A stretch of 64,000 bases of DNA from Candidatus Iainarchaeum sp. GTDB taxonomy: Archaea; Iainarchaeota; Iainarchaeia; Iainarchaeales; JAAZKV01. The notes beneath the pieces are model-generated. The model ran no database searches. It was not told the origin of the DNA and worked only from the letters and a program-made list of their open reading frames with translations. Made by a program: the position numbers and the translations under genes. The stretch is from assembly GCA_026397015.1 (NCBI GenBank), contig JAPLVR010000001.1, positions 21,745-85,744 of the forward strand, given 5' to 3'. Within the stretch, counting starts at the first letter, position 1; every line of letters starts with the position of its first letter. This document shows, in pieces, positions 1 through 9,664 of the stretch.

Positions 1-673
1 CTATGTACCATCCTTTTTTTTCCGCTTTTGCGAGGAGTTCTTTTGACGGGTTCAAGGCAATCGGTTTCTTCACGTTTTCAAAAATCGCCTTGTCCTGGAT
101 GCTGTCGCCCATCCCCATCGTTTTTTCCCTGTCGATGCCGTATTTTTTGATGAGCGCCTGAATTTCCTCCGCTTTTCCCTTTTCCAAATAAAGCTCGTTT
201 TCGATGAAATTGGTTATTTTTGTGTTCGAAGTCCTGATTTTCATTCCCGAGAAACTATCTGCGCCTATTTCTTCGGCGAAAAGCCCTGCCAGTTCTTCCC
301 ATCCTGCGCTTATCAAAAGGAACAAATAATCCTTCTCGTGGAGCAGCTTTACAAGCGGTTTCGTACTTTTGTAGATATTTTTTCCCTTCCATTCCTCGAA
401 AAAGTCCCTTGCCAGCCGCTTTGCCTCTTCCACAGGCAATCCGTCCAGACAATCAGCAACGCTCCTGCTCCATTTTGGAACCAAATCAATATACTTTATT
501 TTTCCTTCCTTGTAGCTTTGCATAAGTCTTTCATGCCTTCCAAATGGCTCTTTCTTCAAAATTCCTTTCTCGGCAAGATGCCTGATGAAGTCAACAGTGA
601 TAAATCCGCTGGAAAGAGTTCCATCTATGTCTGAAAAAACTGCCTTTGAAGCCAAAGTGTTCCCACCACACAT
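1..673 (-). CDS. HAD-superfamily (IB, SerB-like) phosphatase; 3' end cut by window edge
   Basis: Hand translation of the minus strand from ATG (cat at 671-673) gives MCGGNTLASKAVFSDIDGTL (DxDGT motif I) and ...MGMGDSIQD (GDxxxD motif). The frame is open to position 1. It is absent from the ORF track because it has no in-window stop. Confidence 0.75.
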   Translation of the reverse strand, partial: MCGGNTLASKAVFSDIDGTLSSGFITVDFIRHLAEKGILKKEPFGRHERLMQSYKEGKIKYIDLVPKWSRSVADCLDGLPVEEAKRLARDFFEEWKGKNIYKSTKPLVKLLHEKDYLFLLISAGWEELAGLFAEEIGADSFSGMKIRTSNTKITNFIENELYLEKGKAEEIQALIKKYGIDREKTMGMGDSIQDKAIFENVKKPIALNPSKELLAKAEKKGWYI

Positions 674-680
674 TTAAACA

Positions 681-729
681 GTCAAAATGGTGATAATACT
701 ATTGTATAGTGGTCAAAATGGTAATAATA
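681..729 (+). repeat. Direct repeat GTCAAAATGGT(G/A)ATAATA x2, 31 bp apart, just upstream of the HAD gene start
   Basis: Copies at 681-698 and 712-729 differ at one position. They lie in a 590-bp AT-rich intergenic region. Confidence 0.5.
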
Positions 730-1263
730 ATATCGTTTGGCTTTTCGCCATCTCAAAACCAATAATAACCATACATATACATAACCAACTTTTTTAACAT
801 TTTCAAAGATTTTTATTTTTTGTTATGAAGAGGTGTTTCTACATAAGTGCTTTTTTCAGTGTTCAGGGGGCGGTTTAAACATAACCAAAACGCCCCTAGT
901 ATACATAAAATAATAAATTTTTTAGTTGTTTATTATTGCTTTGTTTGTTTTTTTGTGCATTTTTATTGGCTATTAGTTAATTTTAACCAATTTTAACACT
1001 TTTAATTTTTTATTTTAGTAGTTAATGATTGAATTGTTCGGATTCCAGCCAATTTTTTAGAAAATGGTTCAAAATCGGAATGAAAGTGTCGAAAGTTTCC
1101 CCCTAAAAATTTTCAACCTTGATTTTTTTCCCCCATTTCAAAATCGGCGTGTTAAAATGGTTGCATTTTTGGAGAAATGCTTATTAAGTAGTTAATGCGT
1201 ATAATAGTTCAGAATAATTTTTCTCTAACTTTGTTAGAGTATGGAACGTGGAGGGGTGATATC

Positions 1264-2358
1264 ATGAAGTCTATAATAGAAAATGCGATTGGAGGAAAAT
1301 CTCCCAAAGTATCCGAAGATAAATTGGAAGAATTTGGTACTCCAAAAATAATGGTAATAGGGGTAGGAGGAGCCGGCTGTAACGCAGTTAATAGAATCGC
1401 CGACATGGGAGTTTCAGGGGCACAGTTAGTTGCTATCAACACTGATAAGCAGCACTTGGCTATTGTAAACGACGACCTCACAAAAATCCTCATAGGAAAA
1501 AGTGTTACTAGGGGATTGGGTGCAGGAGGCTATCCGGAAGTTGGTGCAAAAGCTGCGGAAGTTTCAAGAAACGCTTTGGAAGAAATACTTTCAGGCGTCG
1601 ATATGTTATTTATTTCAGCAGGTATGGGTGGCGGAACAGGAACAGGAGCTGCGCCGGTAGTTGCTGAAATAGCAAAAGCGCAGGGAGCAATAGTAATAGC
1701 TATTGTTACTTACCCGTTCGCCCTTGAAAAAGCAAGATTAATCAAGGCTGAAGAAGGAATCGAATCTTTGAGAAAAGTAACCGACACGGTTGTAGTAATC
1801 GATAACAACAGATTGGTTGAATTGGTCCCTAATTTGCCAATACAAGACGCTTTCAAAGTTGCGGACGAAGTAATTGCAAGAACCGTAAGAGGAATTACAG
1901 AAACAATTACTCAGCCTTCATTGATCAACTTGGATTACGCGGATGTTCGCTCAATAATGAGCAATAAGGGCCTCTCAGTAATCGCGGTTGGAGAGTCAAA
2001 AAGCGTTGATAAGGTAAACGAGGTTGTTGAAGACACTTTGAAGAACGCGCTTTTGGACATCGATGTCAGGGGAGCAACAGGCTGCCTTATACACATCACA
2101 GGCGGACCCGACCTGACACTCGGAGAAGCTAACAGCGTTGGTGAAATGCTTACCGACAAGATAGACCCTAAGGCAACTGTAATTTGGGGCGCGAGAGTAG
2201 ATCCAAGCTTCGAAAACAGAATGGAAGTAATCTGCATCTTCACAGGAATCCACAGCCCTTTCATAAGGGGCCCGGTTGGAGACGACAGCAGAAGCGGCAG
2301 CAGAATTGGCGGCGGCAGAAGCAGAGACAGAGACTTGGACATAGATTTCGTTCGATAA
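1264..2358 (+). CDS. ftsZ: Cell division GTPase FtsZ
   Basis: Tubulin signature GMGGGTGTGAAP and IMVIGVGGAGCNAVNR. Start at ATG 1264, preceded by GGAGGGGTGAT (Shine-Dalgarno). Confidence 0.95.
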   Translation: MKSIIENAIGGKSPKVSEDKLEEFGTPKIMVIGVGGAGCNAVNRIADMGVSGAQLVAINTDKQHLAIVNDDLTKILIGKSVTRGLGAGGYPEVGAKAAEVSRNALEEILSGVDMLFISAGMGGGTGTGAAPVVAEIAKAQGAIVIAIVTYPFALEKARLIKAEEGIESLRKVTDTVVVIDNNRLVELVPNLPIQDAFKVADEVIARTVRGITETITQPSLINLDYADVRSIMSNKGLSVIAVGESKSVDKVNEVVEDTLKNALLDIDVRGATGCLIHITGGPDLTLGEANSVGEMLTDKIDPKATVIWGARVDPSFENRMEVICIFTGIHSPFIRGPVGDDSRSGSRIGGGRSRDRDLDIDFVR

Positions 2359-2485
2359 ATAAATTTTCAAATTTGAGGAAGGGGCTCCAAGCCCCTATCC
2401 CTCCCTTTTTTTAATTATTTTTTCTTTTGCAGCCTGCCGCACGTATTAGTTTCCTTTATATTTCTTGCCGCTTTCTACTCTTACA

Positions 2486-4060
2486 ATGGTTAAAAAAAGT
2501 TTTCACGCCCATTCTCGCCAAAAAATCCCTGCGGCGAAAAAAAAGGTTAAGCCGTTCGTTTTGAATAAAAAGAAGGGCTTTCTTTTTGCGGGAATTTTAA
2601 TTTTAACTGCGTTAATTGAATTTTTTCTTTCAGGCGTGACGCCCTGGTTCTGGCTTTTCATCGTTCTCGGCGCTCTTGTGCTGCTTCCGAATGTCATCCT
2701 GTCCTTTTTCAAATTTTCCCGCCCGTATTTGATTCCCTATTTTATCACGATGGTTAAAACAAAGAGATTTGTTCAAACCATAAAAAATATCTCCCACTTC
2801 GGAAAGATTTGGGAAAAATTCTGCATTTTCGGTATTTTCGTCGGATTCGGCCTCGCCGGAATCGATTACTGGAAAGCAAGAAAACTGCCGAAGCGGAAAA
2901 GAATTTTTGTTCTCCTTCTTTCATCCGTTTTGCTCTGTGTTTTTTTGTACGTTTGCCTTGCCCTTCTGATGCCCGCTATTTTCACGGTCTCTTTTTTCAA
3001 GCCGCTGATAATTCCGCTTTTCATCGGCTTTATTCTGCTTGGTTTCGGCGGTTTTAGCTTTGCAATTTTGCTCGGTTACGGCGCCCTTTCCGTAAACTCG
3101 ATTTTTACAAACATCCAAATCTGCCCGAATGTCGCCCCCGTTCTTCCTGGCGTGCCGATTCCGGGGCTGGGTGTCGTGATTCCATTGGTGGGATGGATTT
3201 CTTTGGGAATTATTCTTGTTGTTCATGAAACCAGCCACGGAATGATACTTGCGTTCTATATGAAGAAAATAAAATCCGTAGGGCTGTTGCTTGCAGGAAT
3301 CTTCCCAATAGGCGCCTTTGTAGAGGAGAGTGAAAAGAGTTTCAACAAACTGCCTGACAGAAAGAAACTTTTGGTTTTGAGCGCCGGCTCAACGATAAAT
3401 CTGGTAACAATTCCTGTTGCCTTGATTTTGCTTTTCATTTTTTCGCTTTTGTTTTCCGCGCCAATCGAGAGCCAGATGAACCTGCTGTACAACGGACTAA
3501 AAGTAGATTCAGTTGATCAGAATGTGAGTTTTTGCGGCGTCACAAAGCCCGGCGCCTCTTACGGAAAACTGCTTGCGGAAGACAAAGTGATTTCTATTGA
3601 CGGGAAAAAGATAGAAAAAATGTCGGATGTAAATGCGCAGATTTTAAACAACAAAAATATTTCGTTTGTAGTTTTGCGCGACGGAAACACGATTGATGTT
3701 AATGTGACGCCGGTTGAATTTGAGAGCCTCGGCGTGAAAAAAATCGGCGTACAGTTCAGCCTGATTAAGGCTGAAAAAGAAGCGCCTGTTTGGTTCTACC
3801 CCGCGCTTTGGCTCGACAACTCAATTTTTTGGATTCTTCTGCTGCTTTGGGTTTTGAGTTTTGCAATCGGCACCTTCAATTACATTCCAGTGGATCCTTT
3901 TGACGGCGGAAAGATGGCGAAAATAATTTTGCTGCCTTACTTCAGTTTCCTCGGCATGCCGAAGGATGACACCGGGCGCTTCATCGGCAGGCTTTTCCTC
4001 TGGCTCTTCATAGGTTCGCTGCTTCTGAATCTGATTCCTTACTTTACAATGATAATTTGA
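2486..4060 (+). CDS. Site-2 protease family (M50) membrane metalloprotease with PDZ-like insert
   Basis: Multi-TM protein with HETSHG (HExxH) and NYIPVDPFDGGKM (NxxPxxxxDG). Start is ATG 2486 or TTG 2465. Confidence 0.85.
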   Translation: MVKKSFHAHSRQKIPAAKKKVKPFVLNKKKGFLFAGILILTALIEFFLSGVTPWFWLFIVLGALVLLPNVILSFFKFSRPYLIPYFITMVKTKRFVQTIKNISHFGKIWEKFCIFGIFVGFGLAGIDYWKARKLPKRKRIFVLLLSSVLLCVFLYVCLALLMPAIFTVSFFKPLIIPLFIGFILLGFGGFSFAILLGYGALSVNSIFTNIQICPNVAPVLPGVPIPGLGVVIPLVGWISLGIILVVHETSHGMILAFYMKKIKSVGLLLAGIFPIGAFVEESEKSFNKLPDRKKLLVLSAGSTINLVTIPVALILLFIFSLLFSAPIESQMNLLYNGLKVDSVDQNVSFCGVTKPGASYGKLLAEDKVISIDGKKIEKMSDVNAQILNNKNISFVVLRDGNTIDVNVTPVEFESLGVKKIGVQFSLIKAEKEAPVWFYPALWLDNSIFWILLLLWVLSFAIGTFNYIPVDPFDGGKMAKIILLPYFSFLGMPKDDTGRFIGRLFLWLFIGSLLLNLIPYFTMII

Positions 4061-4158
4061 ATAAGATGAAATTAGGCGCTTGACTATTTTATTGTAGGAA
4101 AAGGGTTTAATTAATCTTTCCAATCACACTGCTTTTGTAGAGCAATCGCTGTGGTTTT

Positions 4159-5193
4159 ATGGGTGTAAACCTTTCGGATTTGGCAGAGAAGAAAGAAATT
4201 TCCCTCGACTTTCTCGCGGGAAAACGTGTAGGAATAGACTCTTACAATATGCTTTACCAGTTTCTCGCTTCGATAAGGGGCGCCGATGGTTTGCCTCTTG
4301 CCGATTCGCACGGAAACACAACAAGCCATCTTGCCGGCCTTTTTTACAGGACAATTAATTTGATTGAGAAAGAGATTCAGCCGATTTACATTTTTGACGG
4401 CAAGCCACCCGAATTGAAAAGAGAAACGCTGAGAAAGCGAAGGGCTGTAAGAACGGATGCGGAAGAAAAATCTTCGACGGCATTGAAGGAGGGCAATTTG
4501 GAGGAAGCGAGAAAAATGGGTTCCCGCGCATTGAAAATGACTCCTGAAATGGTTGAAGAAGCGAAACAACTTTTGCGGTTGATGGGAATTCCCGTAATTG
4601 AATCCCCTCAGGAGGGGGAAGCACAGGCTTCGGTTATGGCATCAAAAGGCCAGCTTTTCGGCGTCGCAAGCCAGGACTTTGACTGTCTTCTCTTCGGCGC
4701 AAACAATTTGTTTAGAAATGTCGGCATCACTGGAAAAAGAAAGGTTGCGGGAAAAAATTTTTATGTGGAGATAAGGCCGCAGCATATAGAACTTAATAAT
4801 GTGTTAAAGCAATTGCGCATCGACAGAAGAAAACTTATTTGGCTCGGCATTCTGATTGGAACGGATTTCAACGAAAAGTTTCCGAAAATCGGCCCGAAAA
4901 CCGCCCTTAAACTTGTTCAGCAGCACAATTCTTTTGAAGAAATAATTTCGGCTGCAAAATTTGAGCCAGAGTTTGATTACAAAGAAATTGAAAATGTTTT
5001 TATGAATCCCTCAAGCAGGGAAGTTGATGCAAAGGAGTTTGAAATTAAAAAGCCGGACAAGGAAAAGCTGGTTGATTTTTTGGTTGCGAAACACGATTTT
5101 TCAGCCGAGAGGATTGGGAACGCTCTCGATAGGATTATTTCTGCGCGCGAGGAAAAAGAAAAGCAAAAAAGCATCAATCAGTGGTTCGGCTGA
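4159..5193 (+). CDS. fen: Flap endonuclease 1 (FEN-1)
   Basis: MGVNLSDL... start, XPG-N/XPG-I layout, GIPVIESPQEGEAQAS, C-terminal PIP-like QKSINQWF. Confidence 0.93.
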   Translation: MGVNLSDLAEKKEISLDFLAGKRVGIDSYNMLYQFLASIRGADGLPLADSHGNTTSHLAGLFYRTINLIEKEIQPIYIFDGKPPELKRETLRKRRAVRTDAEEKSSTALKEGNLEEARKMGSRALKMTPEMVEEAKQLLRLMGIPVIESPQEGEAQASVMASKGQLFGVASQDFDCLLFGANNLFRNVGITGKRKVAGKNFYVEIRPQHIELNNVLKQLRIDRRKLIWLGILIGTDFNEKFPKIGPKTALKLVQQHNSFEEIISAAKFEPEFDYKEIENVFMNPSSREVDAKEFEIKKPDKEKLVDFLVAKHDFSAERIGNALDRIISAREEKEKQKSINQWFG

Positions 5194-5312
5194 ATTTTTT
5201 TCACAAAAAATCTTCTCTGTTTTTAAATTCTTCCAACGGAATTTTTCTATGAAAATTTTTGATGCGCATGTGCATAACTGGAATGACGTGCCCGCCAAAA
5301 TTTGAAATTTGC

Positions 5313-6140
5313 CTAAATGAATAAAACTGAAACGTATGCCGCCAGGCTTATGAGCATTCCTATCTTTGAGTATTCCTGGCTTTTTTTGAAATTCTTTTTA
5401 ATCAACTGCAGATAGGAATAACTGAAAATTATTGCGGTCGAGATAATAAGAATGAGGTAAATGGTCCCAAGCCCGATGAGCCAGTACGCGTAAAGCGCGA
5501 CAAACACTGCCAGCGTGTAATCCGCCGCGATTAAAATTTTTGCCGAAAGGGGCGCCCTCATAGGCAGGCTAACCTTGAATCCCTTGTCTTTTTTTATGTC
5601 TTCAAAATCCTTTGTTAATTCTCTTGCCAGGTTTGCGAAGAGCGCGCTCAGCGCAAACAAAATCACGATAGGCATTATTCCGTTGGGCGATGCCGCCGCA
5701 CCGAAAACGAAAGTAAATGCCGTTCCGGATGCAACCACAAAGTTTCCGAGGTACTTTGCCTTTCCCATCGCCGCCGAGTAAATTATCAGAAGGAATGCAA
5801 ATGCAATTGCTATTGTAATTGCCGTAAAATTTAATGGGATTGCCGCAAGCACTCCGAGCAGGAAAAGGGCAAACGCCATATTAAGCGCGTCGCCTTTTGC
5901 GATTTTTCCGCTTGGAATCGGCCTTTTTTTCGAAATTTTTGCGTCCATTTTCGCATCAAAAACATCGTTTATTGCCTGCCCTGCGCCGCAAATCAAAAAA
6001 ACCGAAACCATTGCAAGAAGCAAAGGCATTGAGACAGAAAGTTCCGCAGTTGAAAGAAAATAGCCGATTGCGACCCCTGCTGCCGCCATTGCGCAGTTTC
6101 CGACGCGCATAAGCTGCAGCAAAGCTTTGATTTTTTTCAT
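5313..6140 (-). CDS. UbiA-family prenyltransferase, probably digeranylgeranylglyceryl phosphate synthase
   Basis: Polytopic membrane protein with NDVFDAKMDAKISKKRPIPSG (NDxxDxxxD-type motif). Confidence 0.8.
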   Translation of the reverse strand: MKKIKALLQLMRVGNCAMAAAGVAIGYFLSTAELSVSMPLLLAMVSVFLICGAGQAINDVFDAKMDAKISKKRPIPSGKIAKGDALNMAFALFLLGVLAAIPLNFTAITIAIAFAFLLIIYSAAMGKAKYLGNFVVASGTAFTFVFGAAASPNGIMPIVILFALSALFANLARELTKDFEDIKKDKGFKVSLPMRAPLSAKILIAADYTLAVFVALYAYWLIGLGTIYLILIISTAIIFSYSYLQLIKKNFKKSQEYSKIGMLISLAAYVSVLFI

Positions 6141-6199
6141 CAGAATAGAATAGGGTTGAACCTAGTTTAAAAGTTTTTTGTTTTCGGGCTTTTATTGAT

Positions 6200-6361
6200 T
6201 TACACTGACTTTCTTCTTTTCTTCTTTTGCCTTATTCTCTTGCCGTAGCATTTCCTGCACCTTGGCGGCTTGCCCGTTCCGCACCTTAATCTGGCGTTGC
6301 ATGTCTGGCACACATAAACATTCTTGAAATTTCTTTCCAAAGCTTCTTTTATGTCCGCCAT
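6200..6361 (-). CDS. rpl40e: Ribosomal protein L40e
   Basis: MADIKEALERNFKNVYVCQTCNARLRCGTGKPPRCRKCYGKRIRQKKK, a CxxC...CxxC zinc ribbon with a basic tail. Start at internal ATG 6361. Confidence 0.8.
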   Translation of the reverse strand: MADIKEALERNFKNVYVCQTCNARLRCGTGKPPRCRKCYGKRIRQKKKRRKSV

Positions 6362-6559
6362 TTCAGCCCACCGATTTTTCCTTAACAAGAATTTGATACA
6401 AATATTTATAAAGCATTTTAGTAGCATCTTTCTAGAAGCTCTGCCGAAGGCAAGCTGTATTAGGCGAAAAACGTATTTTTTTGTCAGGTTTAAAATTGCG
6501 AAGCATGCTCTATCGAGCGAAGCGAAGATAGTGCTTCGTTCCCGCCTGGCGAAACAGGC

Positions 6560-6739
6560 GCCCCGATAGTGCAGTGGTCAAGCACACGAGCCTTTCAGAG
6601 CCTACCCCTTTTCTTTTTTGCGAAAAAAGAAAAGTGTTAGTATCCCAAAAGAAAAAGACATATTCGTTATCGCGAACATGGATTGTTTTTTTGTTGCTGA
6701 AGGTAGCTTGTAACCCGGGTTCGAATCCCGGCCGGGGTA
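6560..6739 (+). tRNA. tRNA-Glu(UUC) with a ~107-nt intron at the canonical 37/38 position
   Basis: Acceptor GCCCCGA/CCGGGGT, D arm GTGC-AGTGGTCAA-GCAC, anticodon stem CGAGC/GCTTG, loop CTTTCA, T arm CCGGG-TTCGAAT-CCCGG. The intron 3' end CTGAA pairs with the anticodon-loop TTCAG. Confidence 0.7.
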
Positions 6740-6836
6740 TGCTATTTTGGATTGAATTAGTTTACTGATTTCATTGCCGCCAATTTTGTTTTTAAAGAAC
6801 AGAAGTTGGTGTTATTGCACGGAAGATTTTTTTGCG

Positions 6837-7655
6837 CTATTTGAATTGTTTTAGTGTTTGTTCGCGTATCATATCAGCCACGGTGGCGTTTTTTGTGAGA
6901 ACGAGGTTGAATTTTGCGCGGGTGTCGTATAAATGACGGAGTATTTTGTCAAAGTCTAGTTTTAGCGTACTTTTCGAGTTGCAGTATTTATCCCATTTGA
7001 GCCGAAAGTCGGCTGGAAAATATAAGTAGCAAACGTAGTCGCCTCTTACCCACGTGTCTGGATTAAAGGGCGCATCCATTCCGAGTTTTACTTTTGCGCC
7101 CATTTTTTCGTATTCTTCTTTAAAGCTTTTATTGAGAGGCGTTTCTGAGTGGCAAAGGATATAGATATCGTTTACTGCGATTGATAGTTTCATGCGTTGG
7201 TATTCTGTGTTTGAGAGGCTAAAAGGAGGGTAAAGCGTCCACCAGTGGAATACTGTTTTCTTATTCTCGGGGTTTGGGAAGTCTATGGCAAAGTCCATGA
7301 CAAAGTGGGCTACTTCGGTGAGGGTTTTGAGTGAATGGTTGATTGTTCCTTTGTTTTCAAGTTGGGCAAAGGAAATGGCTTTTTCGCCGTAGCAATCGCT
7401 TATTTTTTCAAACCGATTCTTTTCTTTCTCAACCCACTTAATGTCCAATTCGCACTTGCCGTCAATTTTTCGTATCACTCCCTTGGCGATGAGCCTGCAC
7501 ACTATTTTGTGAACTGCCTGATAGGTTACACCAAAACCGTGTTCACGGTTTATGCGGGAATAAATGGATTTTATTGATAACGGCCATTCGGCGGAAAGAA
7601 TTGAGACAACCGCGTCAGCAGAAGAACCTATTCTGCCCTTAAGGGGCGAAGCCAT
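6837..7655 (-). CDS. Winged-helix DNA-binding domain protein with an uncharacterised C-terminal domain
   Basis: The N-terminal WPLSIKSIYSRINREHGFGVTYQAVHKIVCRLIAKGVIRK looks like a wHTH. The remainder is not recognised. Confidence 0.5.
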   Translation of the reverse strand: MASPLKGRIGSSADAVVSILSAEWPLSIKSIYSRINREHGFGVTYQAVHKIVCRLIAKGVIRKIDGKCELDIKWVEKEKNRFEKISDCYGEKAISFAQLENKGTINHSLKTLTEVAHFVMDFAIDFPNPENKKTVFHWWTLYPPFSLSNTEYQRMKLSIAVNDIYILCHSETPLNKSFKEEYEKMGAKVKLGMDAPFNPDTWVRGDYVCYLYFPADFRLKWDKYCNSKSTLKLDFDKILRHLYDTRAKFNLVLTKNATVADMIREQTLKQFK

Positions 7656-7774
7656 ACCTTATTTTAACAAAAATAACTGTTTTTAACCCATGTGTTCATT
7701 CTGTTCGCCTAACTTTTGGATTGTGGTTTTTGTGCCTTTTATGTGGTCACAAATGGTAATCAGATTTTAAATTC

Positions 7775-8020
7775 TTATTTTTTTGGCGCAAAAACAACCA
7801 GCGGGTACAAAGTTCTTTTCCCGTCTTTTGAGGAATATATTTCGCCGATGGAAATCTTTTTCAGCCCGTGAAGGTTGTGCCAGAATTCCCCGTTGCCCGC
7901 GTAAAGAATCACGTGCGTAAATTCCAGCCGCGGATTGTCCCGCTGTATTTGGCTGTCAGTATACCTTGTTCCAATAACTGTTCCCGGAGAAATTGTTCCA
8001 GCTTTTATGCTTGAAGCCAT
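7775..8020 (-). CDS. C-terminal (His-bearing) part of an NlpC/P60-like cysteine peptidase
   Basis: FTHVILYAGNGEFWHNLHG resembles the NlpC/P60 His motif (HVgIYxGnG..iHa). Confidence 0.4.
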   Translation of the reverse strand: MASSIKAGTISPGTVIGTRYTDSQIQRDNPRLEFTHVILYAGNGEFWHNLHGLKKISIGEIYSSKDGKRTLYPLVVFAPKK

Positions 8021-8031
8021 TTCCCTTTCCG

Positions 8032-8487
8032 TTATCCCTGAATTTTTATTTTCGCCAGTGAAAGGGCGCTTAGTACGACCTTATTTTCTTCCGGAAGAAA
8101 CCATGCCGCCGTGCCCAAATAATTTTTTCCGAAATATTTTTTTGCGGCCCTTTTTACGTATGCAGTACAGTTTCCATGCTCATTAGGATTAAAAATTTCC
8201 CTTTTTCCGTTTTTGTATCTCACTTCAAGCGGAACCATGGGCGGATTTTTTTGGCGCTCCACAGCCAGGATTTTGTTTTGTGCCGCGATTTCGGCGTTTA
8301 TTTTTGCGACTCTGGCATCAGCTGCAAAAAATTGCGGCGCGAATTTTAGGGCAAGTATTGTTGCGCCGATTGCCACGCCACGCAGTAGCATCGAAGGCCT
8401 TTTTTTTACCGTTTTAATCCTGTAATTCGGCTTTATTTTTGGCTTCATAAAAATATTACGAAGCCAAAATTTATATTTGTGCGCCAC
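8032..8487 (-). CDS. Membrane-anchored N-terminal (Cys-bearing) part of an NlpC/P60-like cysteine peptidase
   Basis: N-terminal TM segment, and HGNCTAYVKRAAKKYFG resembles the catalytic Cys motif. It is in a different frame from 7775-8020 and stops 11 nt before that ORF's ATG. Confidence 0.4.
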   Translation of the reverse strand: MAHKYKFWLRNIFMKPKIKPNYRIKTVKKRPSMLLRGVAIGATILALKFAPQFFAADARVAKINAEIAAQNKILAVERQKNPPMVPLEVRYKNGKREIFNPNEHGNCTAYVKRAAKKYFGKNYLGTAAWFLPEENKVVLSALSLAKIKIQG

Positions 8488-8561
8488 ATGCCTTTTTTTG
8501 GCAAAGAAAGTATTATATATTTCCTAAGCTTCCTTCTGTATTATTTCAATTGGTGAGCCTC

Positions 8562-9032
8562 ATGCCGAAAAGGCGAATAAGCTGGAAAGAAATCGAGAGC
8601 GGAAGCAGATTGCTTTACAAGAAAATTCCGAATAAAGATTACGATGGTATTGTTTGCATCGCGACAGGCGGCCTTATTTTTGGAAAGCTTTTATCCGATT
8701 TGTTCAATTTGCCCCTTGGAATTGTTTCTGTCAGCAGGTACAAAAAGAAGGGCGGGAAAATAGGTGAATGCCAGGTGAACACAAACATTCACTGGAACAA
8801 AAAAATTTCAAGAAAAAAGCCAAGCATCCTTCTAGTAGATGACATAATTGATGAAGGAATAACGATGCAGAAAGTGATTTGCGCGCTGAAAAAGAAATTC
8901 ACGAGAATCGACATCGCTGTTTTGTTTTACAAAAAAGTAAGAACCAAGATTGATTTCAGCAAGTACAGGATTTATTACTACAAATCGGTCGGCGACGAGT
9001 GGGTTATCTTTCCGTGGGAAATAGACAAGTGA
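8562..9032 (+). CDS. Purine (hypoxanthine/xanthine-guanine type) phosphoribosyltransferase
   Basis: PRPP-binding motif SILLVDDIIDEGITM. About 155 aa. Confidence 0.75.
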   Translation: MPKRRISWKEIESGSRLLYKKIPNKDYDGIVCIATGGLIFGKLLSDLFNLPLGIVSVSRYKKKGGKIGECQVNTNIHWNKKISRKKPSILLVDDIIDEGITMQKVICALKKKFTRIDIAVLFYKKVRTKIDFSKYRIYYYKSVGDEWVIFPWEIDK

Positions 9033-9033
9033 A

Positions 9034-9459
9034 TTATATTCCTGAGGGTTGAGCCTTCTTTTCTCCCTTCAAATACTTTTTTCTCAGTTCCGGGTCGTCA
9101 ATATGTCGCATTATTTTCGGCGTGCATTTATCCCTTACGCAAAGTGACATGAATTGTTTGCAGAATTCCCTTTCGCCTTCTTTTTTGAAATATTTGCATC
9201 TTTCCCAAGATGGTTTCTGCAGTTCGTTTGCCGCAGGATTTACTTTCGGCTGTTGGTCGCTGCTTATTTCCTCTGCCATTCTGGCTGTTTCACCGTCGAT
9301 TATCTCGCCGCTTTTTGCGGAATAAAACTTCTTCTCGCCGTCAATTATTTCGGCGGCTTTTTCTTCTTGCTGCGCCGCTGGATTTGCCTGGCTCATTTTC
9401 TGCCTTTCCCTCTCCTTATGCTCGTCAACAATTTTTTGTGCGATGCTCCCAAGCGCCAT
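9034..9459 (-). CDS. Hypothetical protein with a Cys-rich C-terminus
   Basis: Start at ATG 9459 behind AGGTGA. C-terminal CKYFKKEGEREFCKQFMSLCVRDKC. Confidence 0.45.
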   Translation of the reverse strand: MALGSIAQKIVDEHKERERQKMSQANPAAQQEEKAAEIIDGEKKFYSAKSGEIIDGETARMAEEISSDQQPKVNPAANELQKPSWERCKYFKKEGEREFCKQFMSLCVRDKCTPKIMRHIDDPELRKKYLKGEKKAQPSGI

Positions 9460-9664
9460 ATTCTCACCTAAAACAACTGCAAAGATTGCTGATATATAGG
9501 GGACTATACTGATTTTAAAATCAATCTTTGCAAACTTCCGAGCATCGAAAAAGCTTTTATACAAAGATGGTTATTGTCGATATGCAAAATGTGGGTTCTC
9601 GCAAAATTTGAGTTCTTCCCAGAGAAGCTAATTATGATAAGCGGCTTGCAAATTACAGTTAAAA

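Noticed and set aside
338-634. Plus-strand 98-aa ORF and minus-strand 65-aa ORF (255-452) at the left edge.
   Set aside because: Both overlap the HAD phosphatase frame, which carries clear catalytic motifs. They are shadow ORFs.
674-1263. Replication origin call.
   Set aside because: There is no adjacent orc1/cdc6 gene and no recognisable ORB or mini-ORB consensus. It is kept only as a low-interest observation.
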